Positions 1-9,985 of a stretch of DNA of 64,000 nucleotides are shown one piece after another. The first letter of the stretch is position 1, and each line of letters starts with the position of its first letter. The stretch is from contig CALNXW010000016.1 of the NCBI GenBank assembly GCA_942490685.1, positions 1,301,047 to 1,365,046 of the forward strand, in the 5' to 3' direction. The notes beneath the pieces were generated by a model. It did no database searches. It worked only from the letters and a program-made list of their open reading frames with translations, and was not told the origin of the DNA. Source of the stretch: an uncultured bacterium. Lineage in GTDB: Bacteria; Bacteroidota; Ignavibacteria; Kapaibacteriales; UBA2268. Both the position numbers and the translations under genes were made by a program.

Positions 1-1380
1 ATCTTTATAATTTTTGGCTACAAAGATTTTATATATCTGAGATATATTCATTCCACCACTACGATCTTTCCAATTCTCACCATAATCTGTGGAATAGTAT
101 ATACCTCCATCATTTGCAGAATAAAGAACAGTATCAATAAAAACTAAGTCATGCTGATCAGCATGCATGTATGGTTTATCATATTTTCCAATCCAATAGT
201 TTTTTATATCCCATGAAATTCCGGCATCTTTACTCATCCAGACATGTATTCCTCCTACATATAAAATATCAGGATTATTTGGATGTACTGTAATAGCTAA
301 GTCGTAATGTCCTTGGCCTCCTATGTCATCGCCATCTACATTTCTACCCAATATATTTGGGATATTGTTTCTTTTGACCCAAGATTCACCATAATCATCA
401 CTCATGTAGAGACCTTCGAGGCCACTATTGTTTGCATCCACAGCAACAAGATACAGGCGAGAAGGTTTTGATACTGATTGAGTTAGTCTTATTCTAGATG
501 CATTTTCAAATTCCTTTTTGGTAATCCAAGTTCTACCATAATTTGTTGATTTGATAAAAGTAGATCCACCATGTCTTGAGAATTCAGTTGCGTAATAAAT
601 ACTATCAGTCAAAACATCTTTAATTAAATGTCTGGTATGCTTGGTGTGTACTTTTTCCCAAGTTTTGCATGTATCTTCAGATATGAATATTCCAAAAGAA
701 GTTGCGATACTTATGTAACTTGCATTTGTATTACAGACAATAGAATTGATAATACCTTGTTTTTGAGGAGTAAATTCTATTTCAGATTTGTTCCAGGTAT
801 TGCCTTTATTGAAACTATAGTAGACCCCACTGCTAACAGCACCTTCCATAAAATATCCATTTGCATCTCCGGAAGCTAAAAATATCATATTTGAGTTGTC
901 TTCAGGAATTGCAATATCACCAATCCCAGGGTAGTATAATTCAGGAATTTCTACATATCTCCAGAAGATACCTCCATCCACAGTTTTCCATAATCCACCT
1001 GAGGCGGTACCAAGCCAAATATTATCATAATTATTTGGGTCAGTTTTAATAACATTAATTCTCCCAAGACCGGAAGAAGGATAGGAAAGTTTATTTAGGG
1101 GAACAATGTGAGGTCCTAGAGCCTCCCATTGTTCACCATAAGATATGATTTGTAATTTTTCAGCTCTACTGTCAATTCGTTTCCCCTGAAACCTTGGTTC
1201 CCAAAATGACTGCCATCTTTTGTATTGTTTCCATCCTCTGCCCTTTTCATATTCTAGTACTTTAAATCTGTTATTTAGTTCTTCACTGGCATTTTTATAT
1301 TCCAACTCTAGATCTTGAGAATTCAAATACAGAAACGAAAAGACAAAATAGATAAGTATATTACAGAATAAAGTTTTCAT
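1..1380 (-). CDS. Secreted BNR/Asp-box (sortilin/Ycf48-like beta-propeller) repeat protein. N-terminal 460 aa only; the 3' end lies beyond the window start.
   Basis: Minus-strand ATG at 1378-1380. My translation gives MKTLFCNILIYFVFSFLYLNSQ (signal peptide) followed by repeated S-x-D-x-G-x-T-W / YxSxDxGxxW motifs (STNYGRTWI, MSDDYGESW, SKDAGISW, STDYGENW). Not in the ORF track because it is truncated at the window edge. Confidence 0.6.
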   Translation of the reverse strand, partial: MKTLFCNILIYFVFSFLYLNSQDLELEYKNASEELNNRFKVLEYEKGRGWKQYKRWQSFWEPRFQGKRIDSRAEKLQIISYGEQWEALGPHIVPLNKLSYPSSGLGRINVIKTDPNNYDNIWLGTASGGLWKTVDGGIFWRYVEIPELYYPGIGDIAIPEDNSNMIFLASGDANGYFMEGAVSSGVYYSFNKGNTWNKSEIEFTPQKQGIINSIVCNTNASYISIATSFGIFISEDTCKTWEKVHTKHTRHLIKDVLTDSIYYATEFSRHGGSTFIKSTNYGRTWITKKEFENASRIRLTQSVSKPSRLYLVAVDANNSGLEGLYMSDDYGESWVKRNNIPNILGRNVDGDDIGGQGHYDLAITVHPNNPDILYVGGIHVWMSKDAGISWDIKNYWIGKYDKPYMHADQHDLVFIDTVLYSANDGGIYYSTDYGENWKDRSGGMNISQIYKIFVAKNYKD

Positions 1381-1421
1381 TTAATTCCTATTCACAAATT
1401 TTAAAACAAAGATGTAAATAG

Positions 1422-4400
1422 TTATTTAATCAATACAATTCTCTTACTTAATACTTTAGATTGAGCCTCAATCACTATAGTGTATGCACCAAGAGGAAAA
1501 TTATTTACATCTACATTAAAATAATAAATATTTTGATTCCGACTCACTTCTAAGTGGTATTTTTTACCTAAATCATTTATCATGTGTATTTTAAGTTCTT
1601 CGTCAAGCTTTGTGAGCAACTCAAAATCAGTACTTCCTTCCACAGGATTAGATCCTTTAATATATACCCAGTTATTATCTAAACGATTCAAAAGTAGTGT
1701 CTCAAGTAAGTCTTCATAATTTAGAACAGTAGTGTGTTTCTCAATATTACTAGTACGTCCATTTAAATAGTATACTGTTTCTAATTCAATTCTATCAGTT
1801 TTCTTATCTATGAATTCTGAAGTTTTGAGATCATACTCAAAGTCTAGAATATTGAAATTTGTTTTAGCAGAGTATCCGGTGATTATAGTAGTATTCTCAG
1901 CCTTATCAATTCTTGAATCTACAAAATAATCCGAGAATTTACTTTTGTCTATCTCTATATCTAAATCTGAAGAATTATGATTAAAAATAATCTTGATCGA
2001 ATCTAAAAATTGAGATACCTTATCTTCAATTTCTATTCTCGCCATAATATCTTTAGTCAGTAAGTCTTTTACGAAAATTGAATCTACTGATGATAACTTA
2101 ATTTTGGGTTGATAAGCAGTGCTTTTGCCGAATAAATAAACCTTTTCAGTGAATTTGTATGGTTCAGAATAATGGATAATCAAATCGGCAGTATCATTAG
2201 AAAACTCATTGTAATAATTAATAGCAATATTCGCTTTTCCATTTAGTTTTATAGGAAATATCAAATCCTCATTAATACTAAAAGCTTCGTTACTTATTGT
2301 TATCTCATCTATCTTATAACTGTAATCTTTTGAATCTGATCCTAATACAAGATTTTGGGTTGACGTAGTCAATGGATCCGAAATAAAATTTAAACTTTCT
2401 TGTTTTACAATTGATTCATGATTACTAAGGAATTCTAATCTTACAGGATAAGATCTTTCACAGTAATCATTGAGTACAAGCATAATGTCATACCCCTCTT
2501 TAAAATCTGATATTTTCAAAGAAAACTCGGCGACAAGAGTATCATTTACAATCGAATTCTTAATATTCTTTATATATTTAGGACAATTAAATTCAAGTTG
2601 ACTGTATATACTGCAATCATTAGAATATATAGGAATTTTGAAATCTATATACTGATTTGATAGCTTAACAATATCAATCACTTTTTCATTCGGAACGCTT
2701 AATTCCAATAATTTAGTCTGAATTTTCAATATAAACTCTTTTTGACATAGTTTCTCGGTAATTCTTATATTTTGAAAACCTGTTTCGCTATATTTTAGAT
2801 CTACATATAGATGAGATAATTTATTTCGCTCAACTATAACAGAATCATATCCAAAATCAATATTGTCATTATTATCTAAATAAAATACTAAATCATTATT
2901 CGTATAATTTGCAATATCTATATATGTATGAAGAATATCTTCTTCTTTACAAAATATTAAAGTTTCGTATGGTAGTTCAGCATAGTAATTATTGGAGTTG
3001 TACTCTAATTTACATGGAACCATGTTTGTACATATTAATTCCCCTTCCAGATAAGCATCGACTGTAATGACTTTGTTCAAAGTAATATCCGAAAATTCAT
3101 TGGGTATTGTTATCAATATAATATCCACAAACTTTTCATCAGCAACGACTAGAGAATCTGTTCCATTTAAAAAAGTTGGAATCACTATGCTTGAATCATT
3201 AGAAGTGATTTTCAAAGTAGCTTTTTCAAGATTCAACAAACTAATTGATGTTAATAAAGTATCAGATATGCAGTTTCTTATGTTATCAAATAAGAGAATC
3301 TCACTTGTAAAAAATATATGAGGCTTATGATAGTTATTATAACCTTTCACAGGAAATATCCTTACAATTCCGCAATCATCATAATAATATAAATTACCAT
3401 GAGTTGTGTCTGCTTCAGGAGTAAAGTTATGATATTTGATCTGGCATTGTAGCAACGAATCTGTTTTCAGATATATTGGAAAATCAACGTTAAACTCAAT
3501 TTCAAAAGGCAAATCAATTTTGAAATTATCTTCAGTTAAATATATATCTGAATCAGAAGTATTTCTAAACCAAAAGACCAGTCTTGACATATTTGGAATA
3601 AATAAATTTTTGTCTGTAGCGACTAATGGACTTTTTTTGGGTCTAAATTCAACTACCCTTGAGGACCAATATTCATCTTCAGATTCTTTATATATAAATT
3701 GATATCTGCCATACTGATTTGCTATGAGACTATTGCTTTTAGTTATCAAGGTATCATTTTTATATACATAAAACTTTAAATCTGGATTACTTGCAGCAAT
3801 TCGAAGAGATTTACTAAAATTTTCACATACATGAACAACAGTATCTCTACTAAGTTCATAATCTTCCAACAATGTACTCACTTTTGCAGAATCAATATGC
3901 AAGGTATCTGTTGTAGCTATCATGTTATTTTTAAAATCATATAAAATTGCGTAATAACTACCTGGTATTTGAACTTTATATTGAGAAAAATATTCTTGTA
4001 AGCTATTGGACTGTTCTAATTTAAACCATTTAGTATTATGCTTAGTTTCATAGTGATATCTTAACAAGACTTCTTTTTGATTAATAATAAAGTGCGAATT
4101 TGTGTTCAAAGGAACTCTATCTAGCTTCTGATTTAATTGTACTTTAGCAATATTATACTCGCTGTTTGCATAAGATGGACCTAAACCTGAATTTGGATCT
4201 AAAGTATGTTTTGATATAAATGCATAGGGCACCACTTTAAATATGTAACTATCTGGAGCTAAATCATTTCCAACTTTATATTGACTCATATTAGCATCAT
4301 TTAAATTAGCATATATCACCCATGAATTTATTTTATCATTTACTTTGTAAACTGTTCCGTTTGTTGGCCCGACATAGGTATAATTACTAACATCCGACTC

Positions 4401-5234
4401 TTTGCCGTACATAATTAAATAACCATACTTATCTTTATGTTGTTCATTTACTAATATCTTATTCCAAGTAAGAAACTTATTACCATCTTTTTCGATGATT
4501 TTGCAATTATAACTATTGTAAGAAGGTTTTCTGAGATAATACCAAAAATCTGCGTTATATGAAGTAGCACCATTTACAATGTTAGCTCTTCCAATAGAAA
4601 CATGTTCACTTTGTACAACATTAGCAGTAAATGTTGAATAATATCCATCTATATTTTTACCTGGATAAACATTAAAAGAGCAATGAATTGGTAGATTGCT
4701 GTTAAGTCTTAGTTTCGGTTGAGGGGTATTGTTGTATAAATATGATATTTCACTTCCGTGAGAAGCGGTATGAATATGGTTTTTCCCGGAATTTAAAATC
4801 TGAAATAAATCACTTTTACTTTCTATTTCAAATTTACCTTTAGCATTTATATCAGCTTTTAAATTTGTATCTAAAAATTCAAAATATTCTGCATCATTGA
4901 TATTAACTCTTATGACTCCATTTTGCATTTCATCATAAGTTGGATAAGAATTTCCATCCAAATCCACAACAATACAAGTACCTGATTTGATGTTTTTCCA
5001 CAGGTCATTATATCTGAATTTAACTCCCACAGCCCATTTATCATTATAGGAGTCTCTTAAATAAAATCCTCTCATATCTAAATAATTTTCTACAACTAAT
5101 AATTCAATAGAAGCAGGATTTTCTAAATATGCAGATCTATATTCATTAAATACAATTTCTTGAGATTCTAATATGTATATATTTAAGAGAGTTATAATTG
5201 GGATCAATAATGCGTAGAAACGTCTCATAAGCAC
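1422..5234 (-). CDS. Very large (1270 aa) secreted Asn/Tyr-rich protein with a T9SS-type C-terminal sorting domain.
   Basis: N-terminal signal peptide MLMRRFYALLIPIITLLNIY. The C-terminal ~70 aa (IHMINDLGKKYHLEVS...NFPLGAYTIVIEAQSKVLSKRIVLIK) fit the T9SS CTD pattern. No recognisable catalytic motif. Confidence 0.65.
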   Translation of the reverse strand: MLMRRFYALLIPIITLLNIYILESQEIVFNEYRSAYLENPASIELLVVENYLDMRGFYLRDSYNDKWAVGVKFRYNDLWKNIKSGTCIVVDLDGNSYPTYDEMQNGVIRVNINDAEYFEFLDTNLKADINAKGKFEIESKSDLFQILNSGKNHIHTASHGSEISYLYNNTPQPKLRLNSNLPIHCSFNVYPGKNIDGYYSTFTANVVQSEHVSIGRANIVNGATSYNADFWYYLRKPSYNSYNCKIIEKDGNKFLTWNKILVNEQHKDKYGYLIMYGKESDVSNYTYVGPTNGTVYKVNDKINSWVIYANLNDANMSQYKVGNDLAPDSYIFKVVPYAFISKHTLDPNSGLGPSYANSEYNIAKVQLNQKLDRVPLNTNSHFIINQKEVLLRYHYETKHNTKWFKLEQSNSLQEYFSQYKVQIPGSYYAILYDFKNNMIATTDTLHIDSAKVSTLLEDYELSRDTVVHVCENFSKSLRIAASNPDLKFYVYKNDTLITKSNSLIANQYGRYQFIYKESEDEYWSSRVVEFRPKKSPLVATDKNLFIPNMSRLVFWFRNTSDSDIYLTEDNFKIDLPFEIEFNVDFPIYLKTDSLLQCQIKYHNFTPEADTTHGNLYYYDDCGIVRIFPVKGYNNYHKPHIFFTSEILLFDNIRNCISDTLLTSISLLNLEKATLKITSNDSSIVIPTFLNGTDSLVVADEKFVDIILITIPNEFSDITLNKVITVDAYLEGELICTNMVPCKLEYNSNNYYAELPYETLIFCKEEDILHTYIDIANYTNNDLVFYLDNNDNIDFGYDSVIVERNKLSHLYVDLKYSETGFQNIRITEKLCQKEFILKIQTKLLELSVPNEKVIDIVKLSNQYIDFKIPIYSNDCSIYSQLEFNCPKYIKNIKNSIVNDTLVAEFSLKISDFKEGYDIMLVLNDYCERSYPVRLEFLSNHESIVKQESLNFISDPLTTSTQNLVLGSDSKDYSYKIDEITISNEAFSINEDLIFPIKLNGKANIAINYYNEFSNDTADLIIHYSEPYKFTEKVYLFGKSTAYQPKIKLSSVDSIFVKDLLTKDIMARIEIEDKVSQFLDSIKIIFNHNSSDLDIEIDKSKFSDYFVDSRIDKAENTTIITGYSAKTNFNILDFEYDLKTSEFIDKKTDRIELETVYYLNGRTSNIEKHTTVLNYEDLLETLLLNRLDNNWVYIKGSNPVEGSTDFELLTKLDEELKIHMINDLGKKYHLEVSRNQNIYYFNVDVNNFPLGAYTIVIEAQSKVLSKRIVLIK

Positions 5235-5411
5235 CTATATAATGATTTTTTATATAATAATTATTTGCGAGCATATATCCAAATATATTTTCACAGAATA
5301 TAAAGAATACTCATATATAGAGTTACTATTCAGTATTTTATTTTATCTTTTGAAGAGACTAAAAATTACTAGATATGATTTTTGGGCTGGTATTTACGAT
5401 ATATCTTAAAA

Positions 5412-5443
5412 ATACGGGGTGAATAATAAAATTACACCCCGTT
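5412..5443 (-). terminator. Rho-independent terminator downstream of buk.
   Basis: Stem acggggtg/caccccgt with an 11-nt loop. Followed by a T-run on the minus strand. Confidence 0.6.
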
Positions 5444-5456
5444 TATATAAATATTA

Positions 5457-6539
5457 TTATTTGTATTCACAAATTTGTTGTTCGCCTTTAAGTGCATAGT
5501 ATACACCTTCTGTAAGGGCTAACATCTCATCTTCACCAGGATATCTTTTAACAGGAGCGATAAATTTAACTCTTTCTTCTATCCATCCGCAAAATTCTTT
5601 AGCATAAGCGATGCCGCCAGTAATTAAGATGGCATCTACATTTCCTTTTAGAACAGCAGCACATTGTCCAACTTCTTTGGCAATCTGATAAGCCATTGCT
5701 TGGAAAACTTCAGTATATTTTGCATCACCTTCTGCATGTTTATCTTCAACTTCTCTTGCATCATTAGTACCAAGATAAGCAACAAAGCCACCTTGACCAG
5801 TAATCATTTTCTTTACTTGATGAAGTTGATATTTTCCTGAGAAGCATAATTTAGCTAGCTGGCCGGCAGGCAATCCGCCTGATCTTTCAGGTGAAAAAGG
5901 ACCATCTCCATCTAGGCCGTTATTTACATCAATAACTTTACCCTTTTCATGAGCACCAACAGTAATACCCCCACCTAAGTGAGCAATAATCAGATTTAAA
6001 TCGTCATATTTAGTATTATTTTCGCGCGCATATCTTCTGGCAACTGCTTTCTGATTCAAAGCATGAAATATTGAAATTCTTGGAACTTCAGGATGACCTG
6101 AAAATCTAGCAATATCATCAAGCTCATCTACAACTACAGGATCAACTATAAATGCATCAACTGTTTTATCAGATACTGCTTCTACTTCATTTGCAATCTG
6201 TCTTGCTAAAATACCACCTAAATTGGAAGCATGCTCACCCAGAACACCAGTTTTAAGATCTTCCATCATAGTATCGTTTACTTTGTAGACACCACCGGGA
6301 ATAGGTTTAAGAAGACCACCACGTCCAACAACATAATCAATATCTTCAACTTTATATCCTTCTTCTTTCAAAGTAGTAAGGATAATTTTTTTTCTGAACT
6401 CGTATTGTTCGAATATAGAAGAATAATCTGCTAAATCTTCAACACTGTGTCTCAAAGTTTTAGTAAATATCTCATTTGTATCTTCAAACAAAGCAATTTT
6501 AGTCGATGTAGAACCGGGATTTATAGAAAATATCTTCAT
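5457..6539 (-). CDS. buk: Butyrate kinase.
   Basis: N-terminus MKIFSINPGSTSTKIALFED and an ASKHA-fold kinase. 360 aa, typical Buk length. Lies immediately downstream of the phosphate butyryltransferase. Confidence 0.9.
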   Translation of the reverse strand: MKIFSINPGSTSTKIALFEDTNEIFTKTLRHSVEDLADYSSIFEQYEFRKKIILTTLKEEGYKVEDIDYVVGRGGLLKPIPGGVYKVNDTMMEDLKTGVLGEHASNLGGILARQIANEVEAVSDKTVDAFIVDPVVVDELDDIARFSGHPEVPRISIFHALNQKAVARRYARENNTKYDDLNLIIAHLGGGITVGAHEKGKVIDVNNGLDGDGPFSPERSGGLPAGQLAKLCFSGKYQLHQVKKMITGQGGFVAYLGTNDAREVEDKHAEGDAKYTEVFQAMAYQIAKEVGQCAAVLKGNVDAILITGGIAYAKEFCGWIEERVKFIAPVKRYPGEDEMLALTEGVYYALKGEQQICEYK

Positions 6540-6558
6540 TTCAAAATTTCTCCAAATA

Positions 6559-7455
6559 TTAATATGATGCAGCTAATGCAATAGACATTAATTTACTTCT
6601 GTCTGAATCTGCACGTGAAGTTAAAACAATCGGTGCAGCAGCACCTAAAATCACTGCAGCTACAGACGCACCTGCCATGTATGTAAACGATTTGTACAGA
6701 ACATTTCCAACATCAATATTATGTGCAAAAAGTAAATCGGCATCACCAGCTACTTCACTTTTAATACCTTTATGATCTGCTGCTTCTTTCGAAACTGCAT
6801 TGTCAAAAGCCAAAGGTCCGTCAATAATACAACCTTTTATTTGACCTCTATTGTTCATCTGAGTCAAAGCTGCTGCATCAATAGTTGCCTGCATTTTAGG
6901 ATTTACTACTTCTACTGCAGCCAATAAAGCTACTTTTGGATTTTCAACTCCAAGTCTGTGGTATAAATCTATAGCATTATTAAGAATACCTACTTTTTCT
7001 TGGAAGTTAGGTTCTATATTTTGTGCAGCATCAGTAAGACCAACTACTTTATGATAATTTGGACATTCGAAGAAACCAATATGACTTAATAAAGCACCAC
7101 TTCTAAGACCATCTTCTTTATGAAGAATTGCTCTCAAAAAGTCCGCAGTTGAAATTAAGCCTTTCATTAAAATTTGAGCTTTTCCTTCTTTAACTAGTTT
7201 TACTGCGATTTTAGCAGTATTTCTTACATTTTCCTCGTTGATAATCTCAACATCAGTCAAATCAAATCCTACTTTTTCAGCGATAACTCTGATGTCTTTT
7301 TCATTACCAACTAAAATCGGGTCAGCTATTCCCTGCTTCTTAGCTTCAGCAACAGCTTGTAATACAGGTTCATCAGCTGCAGCTGTAACTGCAATTTTTT
7401 TCTTTGGCTTTGAAGCCGCAATTTCAATAAACGAATTTAAAGATTTTAATTCCAT
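6559..7455 (-). CDS. ptb: Phosphate butyryltransferase (PTA_PTB family).
   Basis: 298-aa PTA_PTB phosphotransacylase. The 19-nt gap to buk suggests co-transcription. Confidence 0.8.
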   Translation of the reverse strand: MELKSLNSFIEIAASKPKKKIAVTAAADEPVLQAVAEAKKQGIADPILVGNEKDIRVIAEKVGFDLTDVEIINEENVRNTAKIAVKLVKEGKAQILMKGLISTADFLRAILHKEDGLRSGALLSHIGFFECPNYHKVVGLTDAAQNIEPNFQEKVGILNNAIDLYHRLGVENPKVALLAAVEVVNPKMQATIDAAALTQMNNRGQIKGCIIDGPLAFDNAVSKEAADHKGIKSEVAGDADLLFAHNIDVGNVLYKSFTYMAGASVAAVILGAAAPIVLTSRADSDRSKLMSIALAASY

Positions 7456-7549
7456 GTCAGCAAATCAGTATATGAATAATATATCTATTTCTATTTTGCA
7501 CAAATATAGTAAAAACTCTCTAACTCAAATAATTAAAGGTTATTATTAA

Positions 7550-7587
7550 AACAAAAAAAGCGGGAAATCATATCGAAAACCCGCTTA
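7550..7587 (-). terminator. Rho-independent terminator between pta and ptb.
   Basis: Stem aagcggg/cccgctt with a 15-nt loop. Followed by a T-run on the minus strand, immediately downstream of the pta stop at 7604. Confidence 0.6.
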
Positions 7588-7603
7588 AATTTACCTAAAC
7601 AAT

Positions 7604-8584
7604 TTATGCCATTAAAGAGCATATTGCAGCAACATTTATCATGTCATCAGTGCTGCAACCTCTTGATAAGTCACAATAAGGTTTCTTAAGGCCTTGTACA
7701 ACAGGGCCTACAGCTTCTGCACCTGCAAGACGTTGAGTCAATTTGTAACCAATATTTCCCGCATTCAAATCCGGGAATATTAGCACGTTAGCATTGCCTG
7801 CAACTTCTGAACCAGGAAACTTCTTAGCACCAATCGCCGGTACAAGAGCAGCATCCAATTGCATTTCTCCATCAGCTGGGATATGCGGAGCTTTTTCTTT
7901 TACTATTTTTGTTGCTTCCTGTACTTTTTCTACTAATTCATGCGCAGCACTACCGTTAGTAGAAAAAGAAAGCATAGCTACTTTTGGAGACTCGCCTGTA
8001 ATTGCCTGAAAATTAGTAGCAGAGCTGATTGCGATATCAGCTAATTGCTTATGATCAGGATTTGGATTTACAGCACAATCGCCAAAGCATAACATTTTGT
8101 CAGGAAAAGTCATAATAAAGAAGCTACTTACTACTGAAATACCTTCTGCTACACCAACTGTGTGAATAGCTGAACGCATTACATCTCCAGTAGAAGCAAC
8201 GTTTCCTGCAACACAAACATCAATTTTACCGGTTTCAAGTAATAAGCCACCAAAGTATAAAGGATCTTTAACTGCATCAGTAGCTTTTTCAATAGTCATT
8301 CCCTTTTTCTTTCTTTTTTCAAAAAGAATATCAGCGAATTCAGAAATAAGCTCAGATTTGGCCGGATTTATTACCTCTATACCTTCTAAAGATAGATTAT
8401 TAGAGTCAGCTAAAGACTTAATATCTTCTTCGTTACCTAATAACATAGGTCTTGCAATTTTTTCCTTGAGCAAATATACAGAAGCTTCTATAGATCTTAG
8501 GTCATTGCCATCAGGAAAAGCAACTTTCGCATTTTTAGATTTAGCTTTATTGCGAACGTCTGTGATAAATGGATTAACAGCCAT
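7604..8584 (-). CDS. pta: Phosphate acetyltransferase (short PTA_PTB type).
   Basis: 326-aa PTA_PTB family protein, 21 nt downstream of ackA. Confidence 0.8.
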   Translation of the reverse strand: MAVNPFITDVRNKAKSKNAKVAFPDGNDLRSIEASVYLLKEKIARPMLLGNEEDIKSLADSNNLSLEGIEVINPAKSELISEFADILFEKRKKKGMTIEKATDAVKDPLYFGGLLLETGKIDVCVAGNVASTGDVMRSAIHTVGVAEGISVVSSFFIMTFPDKMLCFGDCAVNPNPDHKQLADIAISSATNFQAITGESPKVAMLSFSTNGSAAHELVEKVQEATKIVKEKAPHIPADGEMQLDAALVPAIGAKKFPGSEVAGNANVLIFPDLNAGNIGYKLTQRLAGAEAVGPVVQGLKKPYCDLSRGCSTDDMINVAAICSLMA

Positions 8585-8605
8585 TTTGATAACTCCTATG
8601 ATTTA

Positions 8606-9847
8606 TTAGTGCAACGGTGCACCTAATACTACACGACAAGTATCTCTTGCTAAAACTAATTCTTCATTAGTTGGGATAACGTAAACTTCGATTGCGCTAT
8701 CTTTAGTAGAAATTTTCATTTCTTTGCCGCGAATGGCTTGTTTATTCAATTTAGGATCAATTTTAATTCCTAAATTTTCCATATTAGCACAAATTGCAGC
8801 TCTCATTTCAGGTGCATTTTCACCGATACCTGCAGAGAAACAAATTGCATCGCAGCTATTCAATTCAGCCAAATAAGCACCGATATATTTTTTAACTCTT
8901 TGTGCAAACATATCTAATGCTAATTGTGCTCTTCTATCTTGATGTTCTTCAACTTCTATTTCTAAATCACGCATATCATTAGATAAGCCTGAAATACCAA
9001 GTACACCAGAACGTTTGTTTAAGATAGAAAGTACTTCTTCTAAAGAGATACCTTCTTTATGTGCGATAAAATCAATTACACCAGGATCGATATCACCTGA
9101 ACGTGTACCCATGATTAGACCTTCCAATGGAGTAAAGCCCATTGAAGTATCATATGATTTACCATTTTTGATTGCACAAACAGAAGAACCATTACCTAAG
9201 TGGCAAGTGATAATATTCGTATTTTCTCTTGTCTTACCTGATATTTTTCTGTAACCGTATGCAATGTATCTATGAGAAGTACCATGGAAACCATATTTTC
9301 TGATTCCATATCTTCTATAAAGTTGGTAAGGAATACCGTATAAATAATTTTCTTCAGGCATAGTAGCATGGAAAGCAGTATCAAATACAGCAACCTGAGG
9401 GATATTCATACCAAATACTTCTCTAGCAGCATTGATACCTTTAATGTTTGGAGGATTGTGTAATGGAGCTAAATCAATACAATCTTCGATAGCTCTAATA
9501 ACATCATCAGTTACAGCAACTGATCCGTTAAATCTTTCACCACCATGTACAGTTCTATGACCAATTGCATGAATATCTTCTAAACCATTGATACCCGGGA
9601 TGTTTGTTTCTGGATTAGTAATCCATTCAGTAACGTGGAAAATTGCAGCTTTGTGATCTCTTAAAGGTACTGCATTTTTGATTTTTTTGTCGCCAATTTT
9701 GAAAGTAACTACTGATTGGCTGCCGATTCTTTCTACAAGACCTTGAGCCAGAGTTTTGTCTTCACTTTTTTCGATTTTTTCTAAATCAGTTTCAATAATT
9801 TGAAACTTCAATGAAGAACTACCGGTATTCAAAACAAGTATATTCAT
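8606..9847 (-). CDS. ackA: Acetate kinase.
   Basis: MNILVLNTGSSSLKFQIIE N-terminus and ASKHA motifs. 413 aa. Confidence 0.95.
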   Translation of the reverse strand: MNILVLNTGSSSLKFQIIETDLEKIEKSEDKTLAQGLVERIGSQSVVTFKIGDKKIKNAVPLRDHKAAIFHVTEWITNPETNIPGINGLEDIHAIGHRTVHGGERFNGSVAVTDDVIRAIEDCIDLAPLHNPPNIKGINAAREVFGMNIPQVAVFDTAFHATMPEENYLYGIPYQLYRRYGIRKYGFHGTSHRYIAYGYRKISGKTRENTNIITCHLGNGSSVCAIKNGKSYDTSMGFTPLEGLIMGTRSGDIDPGVIDFIAHKEGISLEEVLSILNKRSGVLGISGLSNDMRDLEIEVEEHQDRRAQLALDMFAQRVKKYIGAYLAELNSCDAICFSAGIGENAPEMRAAICANMENLGIKIDPKLNKQAIRGKEMKISTKDSAIEVYVIPTNEELVLARDTCRVVLGAPLH

Positions 9848-9985
9848 TGAAATAGCCCATAAATATTATAAAAAATTGTGATGTATTGCTTCTGAAATTG
9901 TATTTGTAAATATCAGATTTCATGTTTACAAATATAATGAGAAATAGGCTATTTTGCTAATATGCTAAGATAATTCTTAATAATT

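Noticed and set aside
628-1049. Plus-strand ORFs 628..879 and 861..1049.
   Set aside because: They lie antisense within the well-supported minus-strand BNR-repeat gene and have no motif and a low-complexity composition. Spurious.
3067-3702. Plus-strand ORFs 3067..3321 and 3436..3702.
   Set aside because: They lie antisense inside the 1270-aa secreted protein gene. AT-rich genomes produce many such open frames.
9015-9393. Small ORFs inside ackA on both strands.
   Set aside because: Fully embedded in a strongly conserved gene. No independent support.
9902-9933. Rex operator upstream of ackA.
   Set aside because: The inverted repeat ATTTGTAAA-N14-TTTACAAAT has the wrong arm sequence and spacing for the TTGTGAA-N6-TTCACAA Rex box. 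Kept only as a generic candidate operator in the findings.
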